This document shows, piece by piece, positions 49,980 through 62,098 of a DNA stretch of 64,000 nt. This DNA comes from Longimicrobiales bacterium. Its GTDB lineage: Bacteria > Gemmatimonadota > Gemmatimonadetes > Longimicrobiales > Gaopeijiaceae. Every line of letters starts with the position of its first letter. Within the stretch, counting starts at the first letter, position 1. The stretch spans positions 2,400,001 through 2,464,000 of the forward strand of contig CBDFIQ010000002.1 of NCBI GenBank assembly GCA_965248195.1. Reading direction: 5' to 3'. The position numbers were made by a program, and so were the translations under genes. Under the pieces are notes generated by a model. The model had not been told where the DNA came from. It was given only the letters and a program-made list of their open reading frames with translations, and ran no database searches.

Positions 49980-51355
49980 GGTCAAGTCCCGATTTGTGTG
50001 TAAAAGCGGAGGAAGCTCCTCGCCTTCGGCTAGGCTGCTTGGGCGACCTCCTGTTTCTGGAGGAGTGAGAGGTCGAGGTAACGCCGGTCGCCCCAGACGT
50101 GTGTGGTCCTGAGTGCGACGGCCGTGATGAGCCTGAGGGCGCTGGCCCGGTCCGGGAAGGCGCCGGCGGCCTTGATCCTGCGTTTGATCTCGCCGTGCAG
50201 CCGCTCGAGGCTGTTGGTGGTACGCAGCCGGGGCCAGTGCGCCTCGGGGAACGCGTAGAACTGCGTCGCTGCCCCGAAGCCCCGCTCCAGGACCTCCACG
50301 GCCTCGGGCAGCTCCTTCTTCCAGCGTGCGCCGAACTCGCCCAGGAGCTTCTTCGCCTCGGCGAGTCCGGATGTCTGGAAGATCACCGAGACCTCACGCG
50401 CCACGCGCTTGCGTAGGCGGTGGGGGACCCTCGCCCCCACATTACGCTGCAGATGGACCGTACACCTCTGACGGCGTGCCTCGGGCAGGAAGCGGCGGAC
50501 CGCAGCTGCCAGGCCTGCGTGCTCATCGGCGATCACGAGCTCGACACCGCCGAGGCCGCGGTCCTGGAGTTGCTCGAGGAGCTCCGACCAGCTCTGCTGC
50601 GACTCCTCAGCGCCCAGCGTGACGGCCAGGAGCCGTCGGTGACCCTCAGGGCCCACTGCATACGCCACGAGCGCACTCACGTTCTCGACTTTGCGGGCCC
50701 AGCGGGCGTCCAAGAACGTGGCGTCCAGGTACAGATAGGGGTGAGGCCCCTCGATCGGCGCACGGCGCAGCCCTTCCACGGCCTCGTCGAGCCGTTTTGC
50801 CACACGACTCACCGTCGAGCGCCCAACACGCTCGCCCATCAGCGCCTCGGTGACGTCGCCCATCTTGCGCTGTGACACGCCGCTCACATACGCCTCGACC
50901 ATCATCTCGTCGAGCTCGGGGCTCCTGCGCTGGTAGCGGCCGATCACGTCGGCCGGCGAACCGTTGTCCCGGCTCCGGGGCATGGCGACCTCGATCTGCC
51001 CCAGGCTCGTCAGCAGCCGCCTCAGGTATGTGCCGTTCCTATGGTCCTTCCGGCTTCCCACCCGCTCGAAGCGGCGTGCACCTACCATGGCCTTCAGCTC
51101 CTCTTCCAGCACCATCTCGAGCGTCAGCCGGATCGCGCCTTGAAACAGCTCGCGCAAATCATCGCGTAGCTCGTCTTGCGTGGCCCGACCGATCTCCACA
51201 ATCTCTTGCATCGGAAGCTCCTCTCCGGTTCCGAGCCTGCTCTGCAGACCCGGACTCCCGGGTTCATGTGACAGTGAACAACAACAGAGGAGCTTCCGTT
51301 TTTCTTTCCCTCCTGTCCAGCTTATCCGCTTTTACACAAATCTAGGGACACTACC
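49980..51355 (-). mobile_element. IS256-family insertion sequence (1376 bp)
   Basis: Imperfect 31-bp terminal repeats (ggtcaagtcccgatttgtgtgtaaaagcgga / tccgcttttacacaaatctagggacactacc); 9-bp duplication CCGCAGTGC at 49971-79 and 51356-64. Confidence 0.95.
50030..51211 (-). CDS. IS256 family (Mutator-type) transposase
   Basis: RNGTY.R.L.TSLG, YLYLDA, IADEHAGL, QRCTVH, RTTNSLERLHGEIKRR. Confidence 0.96.
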   Translation of the reverse strand: MQEIVEIGRATQDELRDDLRELFQGAIRLTLEMVLEEELKAMVGARRFERVGSRKDHRNGTYLRRLLTSLGQIEVAMPRSRDNGSPADVIGRYQRRSPELDEMMVEAYVSGVSQRKMGDVTEALMGERVGRSTVSRVAKRLDEAVEGLRRAPIEGPHPYLYLDATFLDARWARKVENVSALVAYAVGPEGHRRLLAVTLGAEESQQSWSELLEQLQDRGLGGVELVIADEHAGLAAAVRRFLPEARRQRCTVHLQRNVGARVPHRLRKRVAREVSVIFQTSGLAEAKKLLGEFGARWKKELPEAVEVLERGFGAATQFYAFPEAHWPRLRTTNSLERLHGEIKRRIKAAGAFPDRASALRLITAVALRTTHVWGDRRYLDLSLLQKQEVAQAA

Positions 51356-51371
51356 CCGCAGTGCACCCCGG

Positions 51372-52586
<1,215 letters not shown>

Positions 52587-52591
52587 GGCGC

Positions 52592-54070
52592 CTACCGGAA
52601 TCGGCCTCCGCCCGGACCGCCGCCACCGAACGGGTTCGAGTTCGACCGAATCCGGTCGAGGAACTCATCCTGCGAGGCTCGCAGCTGTGCGGCACCGACG
52701 ATCGCGATCTGCTCGCCCTCCTCGAGGCCACTCACGACCTCGGTGAAATCCCAGTCGTTGAGCCCGATCATGACCGCTCGGGGTTCGATCGTCCCGTCCC
52801 CGGCCATGACGAACACCACGGCGCGGCGTGTGCCTCTTCGTGAAGCGGCGGCATCCTCTCTTCCCTGCCCCGTTTGGCCACCCGGCCTACGACCGCCCGG
52901 GCCGAAGAAGCCGCCACCCCCGGCGCCACCGCGTTGACCGGAGAAGAGCACCCGGGCGGAGTCCTGTGAGATCTCACCACTGGCGATCAACGCCCTCAAG
53001 GAGTCGAAGGCCTCGCCACCGGGCCCGCCATTTCCCCCTCCGCCACCTTGGCCCCGGGCACGCCCACCACCGCGGCCGCCGCCACCGCCCGCCCCCGCGA
53101 AGAGGCTACGCATATCGATGGCTTCGGGGTCGAGCCCGAGCACCATCGCCGCCGGCGGTGCGTCCTGGGGCGTCACCACCGCGTTGTTCGGGATCAGGAG
53201 CACGCCAACGGCCTGGGCAAGCTCGACCTCGACCTCGGCGTTCATCCCCGGGCGAAGCAGCCCGGAATCGTTGTCGAGCTGCACGATCACCGGAAACATC
53301 GTGACGTTCTGCTGCACGATCGCCTGGGGCTCGATCTTCTCCACGACCCCGACGAAGCGCCGCTCGGGATAGGCCTCCACGGTCACGTTCGCCTGCATTC
53401 CAGGGCGTATATCGCCCATGTCGGTCTCATCCACGAGCGTCCGTACCTGCATGGACTCGAGGTTGGCCATGACCATCAGCGTGGTTCCCCCCGAGACGTT
53501 CTGGGAGGCCGACTGGATGACCTGACCCTCCTCGACGTTCTTCTCGAGCACGGTACCCGCCAGGGGCGCCCGGATGGTCACGTCGGTCATGCGGAGCTGG
53601 CTCAACTCGTAGTTGGTCTCGGCTCTGACCAGCGTCGCCCGGGAATTGGCGAAGTCCAGGCTCCTGCTCTCGTGCTCCTGAGTGGAGATGACGCCCGATC
53701 GCAACAGCTCTTCGGAACGCTCGAGTTGTGCTTGAGAGATCTCCAGCCTGGCTCGCGCGACGTCCAGGTCCGCCTCGGCCTGGTCGAACGCGTTCTGGAC
53801 ATCTCGAGGATCGACCTCCGCGAGGAGCGCGCCGGGCTCTACCTCGTCGCCGATGTCGACGTGCAGCCGAAGGACCTCCCCAGATGCCTTGGACTTGACC
53901 TCCACCTTGCGGATGGGCTCCACGTTACCCGTGGCCTCTGCGATGATCATCAGATCTCCGCGCACGACAGCCGTGGTCTGAAGCGATGGCGCCTCGTCCA
54001 CGTCACTACTTCCACAAGCCACGAGGGTGTGAGCCAAGAAGGCCGCACCCAACAATCTCATCCGCATCAT
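52592..54070 (-). CDS. MacA-like periplasmic adaptor (membrane fusion protein), lipoprotein
   Basis: LVAC lipobox; [27 protein letters not shown]; Gly/Arg-rich insertion. Confidence 0.92.
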   Translation of the reverse strand: MMRMRLLGAAFLAHTLVACGSSDVDEAPSLQTTAVVRGDLMIIAEATGNVEPIRKVEVKSKASGEVLRLHVDIGDEVEPGALLAEVDPRDVQNAFDQAEADLDVARARLEISQAQLERSEELLRSGVISTQEHESRSLDFANSRATLVRAETNYELSQLRMTDVTIRAPLAGTVLEKNVEEGQVIQSASQNVSGGTTLMVMANLESMQVRTLVDETDMGDIRPGMQANVTVEAYPERRFVGVVEKIEPQAIVQQNVTMFPVIVQLDNDSGLLRPGMNAEVEVELAQAVGVLLIPNNAVVTPQDAPPAAMVLGLDPEAIDMRSLFAGAGGGGGRGGGRARGQGGGGGNGGPGGEAFDSLRALIASGEISQDSARVLFSGQRGGAGGGGFFGPGGRRPGGQTGQGREDAAASRRGTRRAVVFVMAGDGTIEPRAVMIGLNDWDFTEVVSGLEEGEQIAIVGAAQLRASQDEFLDRIRSNSNPFGGGGPGGGRFR

Positions 54071-54774
54071 ATGTGCGCCCCAATGTGCTCAGTCGGAAAA
54101 TCCTTGGCGATTACGCCGTCGTGCAGGTGAACCTGGCGTCTGGAGTACTCGGCGACCATCTGCTCGTGTGTGACCAGCACGATGGTCTGGCCCCGCTGGT
54201 TCAACTCGACGAAGATGTTCATGATCTCCTCACCCGTAACCGAGTCGAGGTTTCCCGTGGGCTCGTCTGCCAGGAGAAGCGCCGGGTCGTTGACCAGGGC
54301 CCTGGCGACGGCCACGCGCTGTCTCTGCCCCCCGGAGAGTTCCGGCGGCCGGTGGTCCATCCGGTCGGCGAGCCCAACCAACCCTAGCTTCTCCTCGGCC
54401 CGCTGCTTTCGCTCCCTTGAGCTGATTCCCGTATAGATGAGCGGGAGCTCCACGTTGTGTAGCGCGGTGGCCCGGGGAAGGAGGTTGAAGGTCTGAAAGA
54501 CGAACCCGATCTCGCGATTTCGAATGCGGGCGAGCTCATCGTCACTCAGTTCGCTGACCTGCACACCGTTCAGCCAATAATCTCCTTCTGACGGCGTATC
54601 CAGGCACCCGATCAGGTTCATGAAGGTGGACTTGCCGCTCCCGGACGGACCCATGATGGCCACGAACTCTCCGGGATGAATCTCCAGGTCGACGCCACGC
54701 AGCGCCCGTACGGTCTCGGCGCCGAGGATGTAGTCCTTACGGAGCCCCCGAGTCCGGATGATTAAATCGCTCAC
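54067..54774 (-). CDS. MacB/LolD-type ABC ATP-binding protein
   Basis: [36 protein letters not shown]. Confidence 0.96.
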   Translation of the reverse strand: MSDLIIRTRGLRKDYILGAETVRALRGVDLEIHPGEFVAIMGPSGSGKSTFMNLIGCLDTPSEGDYWLNGVQVSELSDDELARIRNREIGFVFQTFNLLPRATALHNVELPLIYTGISSRERKQRAEEKLGLVGLADRMDHRPPELSGGQRQRVAVARALVNDPALLLADEPTGNLDSVTGEEIMNIFVELNQRGQTIVLVTHEQMVAEYSRRQVHLHDGVIAKDFPTEHIGAHI

Positions 54775-56081
54775 AGATCCCTCCCGAGGATGGCCTCGAG
54801 CTCCGCCCGGGCTAATACGTAGTCGTAGCGGGCGTTCACGAGGTCCACCCCGGCCTGATCGGCCGCAATTTGGCTCGTGACGACGTCCAAGATGATCGCT
54901 ACGCCTACCCGGTAGCGCTCACGAGTGACACGAAGATCTTCGTCGGCCACGGCGGTGGCCTCCCCCGCGATGTCAATGGCCAGCACGGAGGTCTCCAACG
55001 CCCGCAGGGCAGCGTCGGTCTCTTGGCGGGAGGCCAGCCGCGCGTCGTCTTCCTCGAGACGCGCCACGCGGGTCGAGTACTCCGCCCGGACGATGTTCGC
55101 TTCCCTGGAAAAGCCGTTGAAGAGCGGATAGCTCAGGTTGAAGTTCAGGTTCCAGCTCGTACTCCCCCCTGAAAATGAGGCCGCCTGGTTCGACCAGTTG
55201 TAGCCACTGCTCAAGCTCAGGGAGGGAATGTAAACGGACTTGGAGGAGGAATACGCCTCTCGAGCTGCCTCGAATACCGCTTCGGCGGCCTGCACCGAAG
55301 GCGCGAAGCTCTCAGCGACTTCGAGCACCTCGGCCTCGGACAACAGGAGCGGGCGGGGCTCCAGGTCGTCCGGGGCCACCGGGATGGCCGGCTCAGACAC
55401 CCCCACCTGACGACCGAGCGCGAAGCGGGCTGCTCTGGTCTGGACCTCGGCGTTGAGCACGGCTTGACGGGCATTGATGAACTCCAGCCTGGCACGGAGG
55501 GTGTCGGAGACGGTTCCGCCTCCCACCAACTGCTGCGTTCGGGTCATCTCCAGGCTCTGCGTCGCCTGGTCGATCCTACGCCGGGCGACCGCAAGCAGCT
55601 CCTCCTGCCGAAGGGCCTGAAAGAAGAGGTTCTTCGTCTGGAAGGTCACATTGAAACGCTGGTCCTCGCGGCGCGCCCGAGCCGCCGCTAGGTCCGCGGC
55701 GGCACGGTCGAGCTCCGAGAAACGCTGCCCCCCGCGGAACAGGTCGTACCGGGCGGTGATGCCCGCGTTATAAGAATTGGAACTGCCCGTTACGAGACGG
55801 TCCGTGGCCTGGTCGAACCGCTGCGTACTCCGAACGGACATCCCCGAATTGGTCGAAATCGTAGGGAGAAAAGCTCCCACGGCCGTGCGCCGGGATTCGC
55901 CCGCGTTGACCAGGGACTGCTCGGATTGGGCCAATTGCGGGCTCAGCGCGACCGCCCTCGTCAGTGCGTCGTCCAGTGTGATGCGCGTGGCCCCCGCATC
56001 CAGAAGAGACCGCTCTTGGGCGGCCCCGACCCTGGCCAAGACAAATACCGCGCCGAGCGTGAGTATCGTTCTATGAGTCAT
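54771..56081 (-). CDS. TolC family outer-membrane efflux protein
   Basis: Signal peptide; two OEP repeats (FLPTIS...YDLFRGG; YIPSLS...YPLFNGF); ERYRVG, ARYDY. Confidence 0.92.
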   Translation of the reverse strand: MTHRTILTLGAVFVLARVGAAQERSLLDAGATRITLDDALTRAVALSPQLAQSEQSLVNAGESRRTAVGAFLPTISTNSGMSVRSTQRFDQATDRLVTGSSNSYNAGITARYDLFRGGQRFSELDRAAADLAAARARREDQRFNVTFQTKNLFFQALRQEELLAVARRRIDQATQSLEMTRTQQLVGGGTVSDTLRARLEFINARQAVLNAEVQTRAARFALGRQVGVSEPAIPVAPDDLEPRPLLLSEAEVLEVAESFAPSVQAAEAVFEAAREAYSSSKSVYIPSLSLSSGYNWSNQAASFSGGSTSWNLNFNLSYPLFNGFSREANIVRAEYSTRVARLEEDDARLASRQETDAALRALETSVLAIDIAGEATAVADEDLRVTRERYRVGVAIILDVVTSQIAADQAGVDLVNARYDYVLARAELEAILGRDL

Positions 56082-56105
56082 GAGACTTACTTTGAGTCAA
56101 AAGGC

Positions 56106-56525
56106 CTATTTTTCCGAGCTCCTGCGACGTCGTTCGGCGCACGTGGCGTCGTGCTCCGCCAGCAATACGTCGTACCTCACACGTTGATCGTCGGTGAGCA
56201 CCTGTTTGATCTCCTCCCGCAGATCACGAATCACGGCCCGGTACCGCGGCCGGAACTCCGTGTCCAGGTCGGACATGCGCTGCCGGTGGAATACTACGAG
56301 CGAGTCGACCGCGGCCTTCTGGACGGCGTTGAGGCCGACGTTGTCCACGATCATCCGCCGGCGCCCTTCCCGGTCACGGGGCCCCTCTTCCGTCCGGACC
56401 TCCTCGGGCGGGCCGGCACTGGCCGTTTGATCCCAGGCGAGCCCGACCACAACGCCGCTCCCGAACAGGAGCGCCAAAGCGGTCCCGGCCACCATTCTCG
56501 CCTTGAAAGGGCTAGGCGTAATCAT
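56106..56525 (-). CDS. Membrane-anchored periplasmic helical protein (Spy/CpxP or metal-sensor-like)
   Basis: Transmembrane segment LALLFGSGVVVGLAW, then LNAVQ and LTDDQ (LTxxQ-like) motifs; TGATG coupling to the upstream gene. Confidence 0.65.
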   Translation of the reverse strand: MITPSPFKARMVAGTALALLFGSGVVVGLAWDQTASAGPPEEVRTEEGPRDREGRRRMIVDNVGLNAVQKAAVDSLVVFHRQRMSDLDTEFRPRYRAVIRDLREEIKQVLTDDQRVRYDVLLAEHDATCAERRRRSSEK

Positions 56526-56929
56526 CAGAACGTCACCTCGACAAAAAGGAAGGGATCGGCCCCTTCGGACTGGTCCATCAATTGTGGAAGGGTGCGGTCT
56601 TCCAGCCCCACCGTGAGTGCTTCCTCGACTCCCCATTCGGGAGTCGGCCGCCCCCGCAGGAAAAGGACACCCGCGATCGCCGCCGCGATCGCCGCCGCAG
56701 GAATAACCGTCTTGGACCATGACTGAAGAAGGCCCGCGACCCCCATCTCCGCCGCGAGACGGCGCCTCGATAATTCGTCTGCCGCCCGCGCCATCACGAG
56801 AGACCGAAACCGCAACCAGTACCCAGGGTCGTCGAGTCCCGGATCGAGGATAACCAAGTCGTGGTCCCCTCCCTGAGGACCATCGCCTCCCCGCGGGCCG
56901 AAGCGCACTTTACGCCTGTCGCTCGTCAT
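56525..56929 (-). CDS. Hypothetical single-pass membrane protein, probable anti-sigma factor
   Basis: Follows the ECF gene; transmembrane segment VIPAAAIAAAIAGVLFL. Confidence 0.6.
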   Translation of the reverse strand: MTSDRRKVRFGPRGGDGPQGGDHDLVILDPGLDDPGYWLRFRSLVMARAADELSRRRLAAEMGVAGLLQSWSKTVIPAAAIAAAIAGVLFLRGRPTPEWGVEEALTVGLEDRTLPQLMDQSEGADPFLFVEVTF

Positions 56930-56939
56930 GCTGTTCTCC

Positions 56940-57638
56940 CTATGCTCGGTGCTCTCTGTAGGTTTCACCTTTTTCGCTCTTCATATCCTGCGAGTCACTC
57001 CCGACCGGCACATTCTCGACATCCTGCCCTGGCCCAACGTGTGATATCTCCTCGGTCTGAACATGCCCGTTGGGCCCGCGCTCGGTCGCGACCTGTGCCA
57101 GATCCGCGTCTCGCCGCAAGGATTTTCTGGCAAAGTGGAGATGCGATCGCACTGTCCCCGAGGGAATCCCGAGGTGCTCCGCGATCTCCCGATGCCGCCA
57201 ACCCTCGAGATCGTGAAGGAGCACGATTTCTCTTTGGACCTCCGGAAGCCGCCGAAGCGCGATTCCCAGCCGTTCCTGAAGTTCTGCATGCTCCGCCGCC
57301 TTATCCGGCGTCCGACCCCGGGCCGCAGCCGTCTCGGGTACGGCATCGGTATCCCGTAGGACTTCTCTACGCACCAAGTTGCGAGCACGGTTCCGTACAA
57401 TCGTCATAAGCCAACCAACGAATCGGTCGGGCGCCCTGCAATCATCGAGTCGTTCAAGAGCGACTATGAACCCCTCCTGTGCAGCGTCCTCGGCATCGTC
57501 ATGACGACCGGTAACCGAAAGGCTGACAGCATAGGCCGCGCGCATGTATCGGCCCACGAGAGTCCCGAAGGCCTGGCTATCACCGGCCTGTGCCTTCCGG
57601 ACCAGAACCTCGTCCGTTGCACGCCCCTCTTCACCCAT
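56940..57638 (-). CDS. ECF RNA polymerase sigma factor
   Basis: DAEDAAQEGF, GWLMTIVRN, LHDLEGWRHREIA...GTVRSHLHFAR. Confidence 0.94.
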   Translation of the reverse strand: MGEEGRATDEVLVRKAQAGDSQAFGTLVGRYMRAAYAVSLSVTGRHDDAEDAAQEGFIVALERLDDCRAPDRFVGWLMTIVRNRARNLVRREVLRDTDAVPETAAARGRTPDKAAEHAELQERLGIALRRLPEVQREIVLLHDLEGWRHREIAEHLGIPSGTVRSHLHFARKSLRRDADLAQVATERGPNGHVQTEEISHVGPGQDVENVPVGSDSQDMKSEKGETYREHRA

Positions 57639-57701
57639 GAGACACCGCTACCGCCCTCCGTGTTGAGCACGTTTGACGTGCCTGCTACCCCCTGAGACGT
57701 A

Positions 57702-58352
57702 TCATCCACTCGATCCGTTAGGCGAAGGCGCCGATGTCGCCTCAGCAAGGAGGTCGGGCAAACGGAGCTGCGGTAGTTCTTCTAAAGATTCCCCTGGCAC
57801 AAGTGCGTCCCCGCAAGGCACGGAGGGGTCGGCCGCCGTGTAAAAAACCAGATGCATCAGCGGCGCCCCCGGATCCATGACCGAGCCCGTCGATGTCTGG
57901 CCACAAAGACGCACGATCCACTCGCACCCGGCGTACTCGAAACTCCGATATGGAAGATTCTCGAGGGGGGTGGGCTCCAACTGCGACCTTTGAGGTTCCT
58001 CACGGCCCGACTCGACGCGCTTCCGGTCAGGTCGGCGCCTTCCACCACCCTCGCGCTTACGCGATGAGCCCTTCCCGCGAGGGCCCTCCGGGCGCTCGCG
58101 CTGACCGCGCAGACCCGGGGCCTGCGACGTGGGCAGGTTACCCGCCCGGTCCGACTTTCGGGCAGGGCGCGGTCCGGGCTCACCTACGGCCTCCCGGATC
58201 GGGATCGGCTTAGGTTTGGCCTCTACGTCCTTTTTGCGTTCGTCCGGGTCCATGCGTTCGTCCTGGTCCATGCGCTCGTCCTGGTCCATGCATTCGTCCT
58301 GGTCGCTGGACGAGGAAAATGGCGAGACTGCTCCGGGCTCGCTATGGTGCAC
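57702..58352 (-). CDS. Hypothetical protein with a disordered N-terminus
   Basis: 216-aa ORF with an ordered-looking C-terminal part (RSFEYAGCEWIVRL...LMHLVF); start uncertain. Confidence 0.55.
   Translation of the reverse strand: MHHSEPGAVSPFSSSSDQDECMDQDERMDQDERMDPDERKKDVEAKPKPIPIREAVGEPGPRPARKSDRAGNLPTSQAPGLRGQRERPEGPRGKGSSRKREGGGRRRPDRKRVESGREEPQRSQLEPTPLENLPYRSFEYAGCEWIVRLCGQTSTGSVMDPGAPLMHLVFYTAADPSVPCGDALVPGESLEELPQLRLPDLLAEATSAPSPNGSSG
58235..58304. repeat. 18-bp tandem repeat, about 4 units (encodes MDQDER on the minus strand)
   Basis: tgcgttcgtcc(g/t)ggtcca units at 58235, 58253, 58271 and 58289. Confidence 0.85.
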
Positions 58353-58472
58353 AACGCTTTCGCCGATGAAAAATGGCGATTTTCTTTGTTGGCCGTTGAC
58401 CGCGCCAGGTTTAGCTTTTTATAGGGACGTATCGCGAATCTCACCAGCCGACGCCGGCGACAAGACACGGGC

Positions 58473-58946
58473 ATGACCGAAGGCACCGTAAATAGTGGGG
58501 CGAAGCGCGAATACGGCCAGTTGCTTCATTTGCACACACGCTTGCTGAACCAACTCCGCGAGATTCGTGACCACTTAATCGCACCAAGCACGCTTGAGAT
58601 CCTTGCGGCCATTCGGCGTCGCACCGGGTCGGATCCCGATTCTGCCTTGGCCGAAATCACCACCGCGGTCGAACAGGCCATTCGCGCGTTGAAGCTGAGT
58701 GAGGGGAAAATCCGCGATGAGGTCCTCGAGGCCTTCGAGCATGCCGACATCGATGGCATCGGCAACCTACCGGCCACGCTGGCCCGCTTCCTCGCCGAGC
58801 GCAGGGACATGCCCGGCTTCACCTATAAGGTGATCCACGACGAGAACCGCGGCTGGATCATCTTATGGAAGGAATACACCCTAACGGGATCGGTCCGTGG
58901 CTCCGGCCAGTTCTACGAGCGCCCCTACGCCTGGATCGACGAGTAA
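58473..58946 (+). CDS. Hypothetical protein
   Basis: 157-aa ORF with normal codon use; C-terminal RGWIILWKEYT...GSGQFYERPYAWIDE. Confidence 0.75.
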   Translation: MTEGTVNSGAKREYGQLLHLHTRLLNQLREIRDHLIAPSTLEILAAIRRRTGSDPDSALAEITTAVEQAIRALKLSEGKIRDEVLEAFEHADIDGIGNLPATLARFLAERRDMPGFTYKVIHDENRGWIILWKEYTLTGSVRGSGQFYERPYAWIDE

Positions 58947-59506
58947 GAACTCGGCAGCCCCGCCTGCAGCGTCGACAACACATCCTCTCCGTAGAACATC
59001 TTGATGTACCGCGCTTGCGTCGCCGTGACCCTTCGCACCGTCCACACCAGCCGGACATAGTTCGGCTCTCGCGGCTTGCTCAGGAGCCTCATACCGGCCT
59101 CCGCAGGCAGACGATCTCCCTTCCGGTTATTACAGGGAGAACACGACGAAACCAGGTTCTGCCAAGAGTTGTCCCCGCCCCGGGACAGCGGGATGATATG
59201 GTCGCGCGTCAGGAACTGGCGACCTTTGAGTTGCCCGCGATGACGGCCACAATACTGGCATGTGTACTCGTCTCTGGCGAACAGGAAAGTGTTCGTGACT
59301 TGGCGGCGGAATCGACGCGGCACATGGACGAAACGCACAAGCCGAATCACCGTCGGGAACGGTAGTTCAGTCCGCGGAGAGCGGAAGGCCCGCGCCGGGT
59401 CCGCTTCCAGAATCTCGGCCTTTTGGTCGAGGACCAAACGAATGGCGCGACGAGCCGGAATAATGGTCAACGGCTCGAAAGACGCATTCAAAGCCAGACA
59501 GCCCAT
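58925..59506 (-). CDS. HNH endonuclease (McrA-like)
   Basis: LALNASFEPL, FARDEYTCQYCG, LTRDHIIPLSRGG...NLVSSCSPCNNRKG. Confidence 0.93.
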   Translation of the reverse strand: MGCLALNASFEPLTIIPARRAIRLVLDQKAEILEADPARAFRSPRTELPFPTVIRLVRFVHVPRRFRRQVTNTFLFARDEYTCQYCGRHRGQLKGRQFLTRDHIIPLSRGGDNSWQNLVSSCSPCNNRKGDRLPAEAGMRLLSKPREPNYVRLVWTVRRVTATQARYIKMFYGEDVLSTLQAGLPSSYSSIQA

Positions 59507-59581
59507 AACTCGAACACCCTCCCTAGACTCAGTTACCCACTCTTGTACCTCACAAACCTACCGAGGCTCCACAGAGCTCCG

Positions 59582-62032
59582 CTATAGGAGGGCGTTCGGA
59601 TCTCGGTCGATCGCGATGCGGACGTCCGCACCGCGCATCCGGAACTCCGACTGAAGTCGCCTGGCGGTGGCGCCCAGGGCCCTAACCGACCCGCTCCGAA
59701 GGAGAAAGTGCCAGCGCCAGCGACCGTGTAGCCTTTCGATGGGTGAGGGGGCGGGTCCGATCAGGTCGACCGAAACTCCGGAGACCACATGCGTGCGGAC
59801 CCACCGCGCCGCGGCTTGGGCGTTGCCCGCGGCGTCTTCGGGGATGGGGCTGCTCACGATCACGTTGACGAGCCGGACCATGGGGGGATACGCCGGGTGC
59901 TTGCGCTCATTCAATTCCCGATTGGCGAAAGCCACATAATCATGCGCGAGGGCGGCTTGGATCGCGTAGTGCTCGGGAAGCGCCGTTTGAATCAACACGT
60001 CGCCTCCGAGTTTCCCCCTTCCCGCTCGACCGGCAACCTGGCTCAAGAGTTGAAACGTCCGCTCGGTAGCGCGAAAATCGGGCAAGTGCATTCCCACATC
60101 TGCGTTCACGACACCCACCAGCGTCACGCTGGGGAAATCGAGGCCCTTGGCAATCATCTGTGTGCCTAGAAGGATGTCCACTTCGCCGCGCTCGACCCGT
60201 CCGAGGATCTCGTGATGCGACCATTTTCCAGAAGTGGTGTCCACATCCATGCGCGCCAATCGGGCCTCGGGGAAGGTCTCCGCTACGACCCGCTCGACCT
60301 GCTCTGTCCCGAGCCCCCGGAACGATAGATCCGTGGACCCACATCGCGGGCAACGCTCCGGTGCGCGCTGCTCGTGGCGGCAGTGGTGGCAGACGAGGCG
60401 ACTCTTACCCCGGTGATAGGTCAACGAGATCGAACAGGCCGGACAGATCTCGACGTCGCCGCATTCGCGGCATTGTACGAAGGATGAGTACCCCCTTCGA
60501 TTCAGCAGCAGGATCGTCTGTTCGCCACGACGGAGGCGGTCGCGCATGGCCTCGACGAGTGGAGCAGTGAGCACCAAGCCCGCCTCGCTCCTGGCACCGC
60601 TTTTCTCATTGCTCTGCTTCCGCGCTTCCCGCAGGTCGATCAATCGCACCGGCGGCAACGTCCCTCCCCCGACCCGGTCCGGGAGAGAGACAAGCCGGAA
60701 CTTTCCCCGTTCCACATTGTGCCAGCTCTCGAGCGCGGGTGTGGCGCTCCCGAGAACGCACAGCGCACCTTCCTGGGCGCTCCGAACGACCGCCATGTCC
60801 CGCGCCTGGTACCGGGGAGATTCACTCTGTTTGTAGCTCCCATCGTGCTCCTCATCCACAACGATCACGCCCAGGTCGGAGACCGGAGCGAAGAGTGCGG
60901 AGCGAGCCCCCACGGCGATCCGGCGCCGACCCGAATGAAGCTGCCTCCAAGCGTCGAAGCGCTCCCCGTCCGACAGCGCAGAGTGAAGGACCGCCACCTG
61001 ATCGCCGAAGCGGGCTCGGAAGCGAGCCACCGTCTGGGGGGTCAGAGAAATTTCGGGCACGAGCACGATTGCGCCCCTGCCCTGAGCCAGCACGTGTTTG
61101 AGAAGCTCGATATAGACCAGAGTCTTTCCCGACCCCGTCACACCGTGCAGGAGAAAGGGCTCGCTCGGGCCGGCGTCGAATGCGGAGGCCAGCGTTCGGA
61201 TCACGTCGTTTTGCCGATCCGTCGGGGTGTGGGCTTGGTCCTCAGCGGTGGGAATACCAGCGAACGGATCGCGCTCCACCTCACGGTCCTCCACGAGGGC
61301 CAACCCCTTCTCTTCCAATCCGCGAATCACACTCCGACTGAAACCGGCCTGACCCGTCAGGTGCGCCAACTCCACCGTCCCTCCGGACCCAGCCAGCGCC
61401 TGGTAGGCATCCGCCTGTCGCCGTGCACGGCCCACCAACACGTTCAAGTCCTCGATGTCATCGATCCACCGTGCCACCCGCACCACCCTCTCCGTCTTCA
61501 CGGGCGGCGGGCGTGGCGGGAGCGTCTCGACACTCACCACTCCGGCAGCGGCGAGGTTGCGTATCTCCGGCCAGATGGAGCCCATCCGCAGACTCCGTTT
61601 GATCGCCCGGAGCGACTGCGCCGCCCCGGGTGTGAGCGCCTGTACCAGGCGCGCCTCCCTGGGCGAAAGCTTGCCTCGTGGCCCGTCGTGGAGTGTGACG
61701 ACGTCACGGGAAGTATCACTGAGCACGGAGGGTAGCATCGTCTTGAGCGTGAGCCCCAACGAGGTGACGTAGTAGTCGGCCATCCAGCGAGCCAGGCGCA
61801 ATTGCGACTCGCTCACCGAAGACTTGGGGTCCATGACGGAGAGCACGGTCCGGATGCGCTTGACCCCCTCCTCCCCTCCATGACCGACGACGAAGCCGAC
61901 GCGCTCTTGCCGCTGGAAGGGAACGAGGACCCGGGTTCCGGTTCGGAGAGGGTCGCCGTCCACGGCATAGGTAAAGGTCTGATCCAGCGGAAGCGGAAGC
62001 GCGACACGCACGTAGGAGCGAGGGCCCCTCAT
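59582..62032 (-). CDS. priA: Primosomal protein N'
   Basis: LHGVTGSGKT, VPEISLTPQ, DEEH, GSATP, four CxxC motifs, GTQMIAKGLDFP, QVAGRAGR. Confidence 0.97.
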   Translation of the reverse strand: MRGPRSYVRVALPLPLDQTFTYAVDGDPLRTGTRVLVPFQRQERVGFVVGHGGEEGVKRIRTVLSVMDPKSSVSESQLRLARWMADYYVTSLGLTLKTMLPSVLSDTSRDVVTLHDGPRGKLSPREARLVQALTPGAAQSLRAIKRSLRMGSIWPEIRNLAAAGVVSVETLPPRPPPVKTERVVRVARWIDDIEDLNVLVGRARRQADAYQALAGSGGTVELAHLTGQAGFSRSVIRGLEEKGLALVEDREVERDPFAGIPTAEDQAHTPTDRQNDVIRTLASAFDAGPSEPFLLHGVTGSGKTLVYIELLKHVLAQGRGAIVLVPEISLTPQTVARFRARFGDQVAVLHSALSDGERFDAWRQLHSGRRRIAVGARSALFAPVSDLGVIVVDEEHDGSYKQSESPRYQARDMAVVRSAQEGALCVLGSATPALESWHNVERGKFRLVSLPDRVGGGTLPPVRLIDLREARKQSNEKSGARSEAGLVLTAPLVEAMRDRLRRGEQTILLLNRRGYSSFVQCRECGDVEICPACSISLTYHRGKSRLVCHHCRHEQRAPERCPRCGSTDLSFRGLGTEQVERVVAETFPEARLARMDVDTTSGKWSHHEILGRVERGEVDILLGTQMIAKGLDFPSVTLVGVVNADVGMHLPDFRATERTFQLLSQVAGRAGRGKLGGDVLIQTALPEHYAIQAALAHDYVAFANRELNERKHPAYPPMVRLVNVIVSSPIPEDAAGNAQAAARWVRTHVVSGVSVDLIGPAPSPIERLHGRWRWHFLLRSGSVRALGATARRLQSEFRMRGADVRIAIDRDPNALL

Positions 62033-62098
62033 TCAGCCGGCAACGCCCGACGGAGCCCGCCTTTGCGGGCACCCCACTTCTTCAACAGACCTCAAGTT

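Noticed and set aside
52860..53100. Gly/Arg-rich insertion in the MacA-like adaptor as a separate element
   Set aside because: It is an in-frame low-complexity linker with no mobile-element or intein hallmarks.
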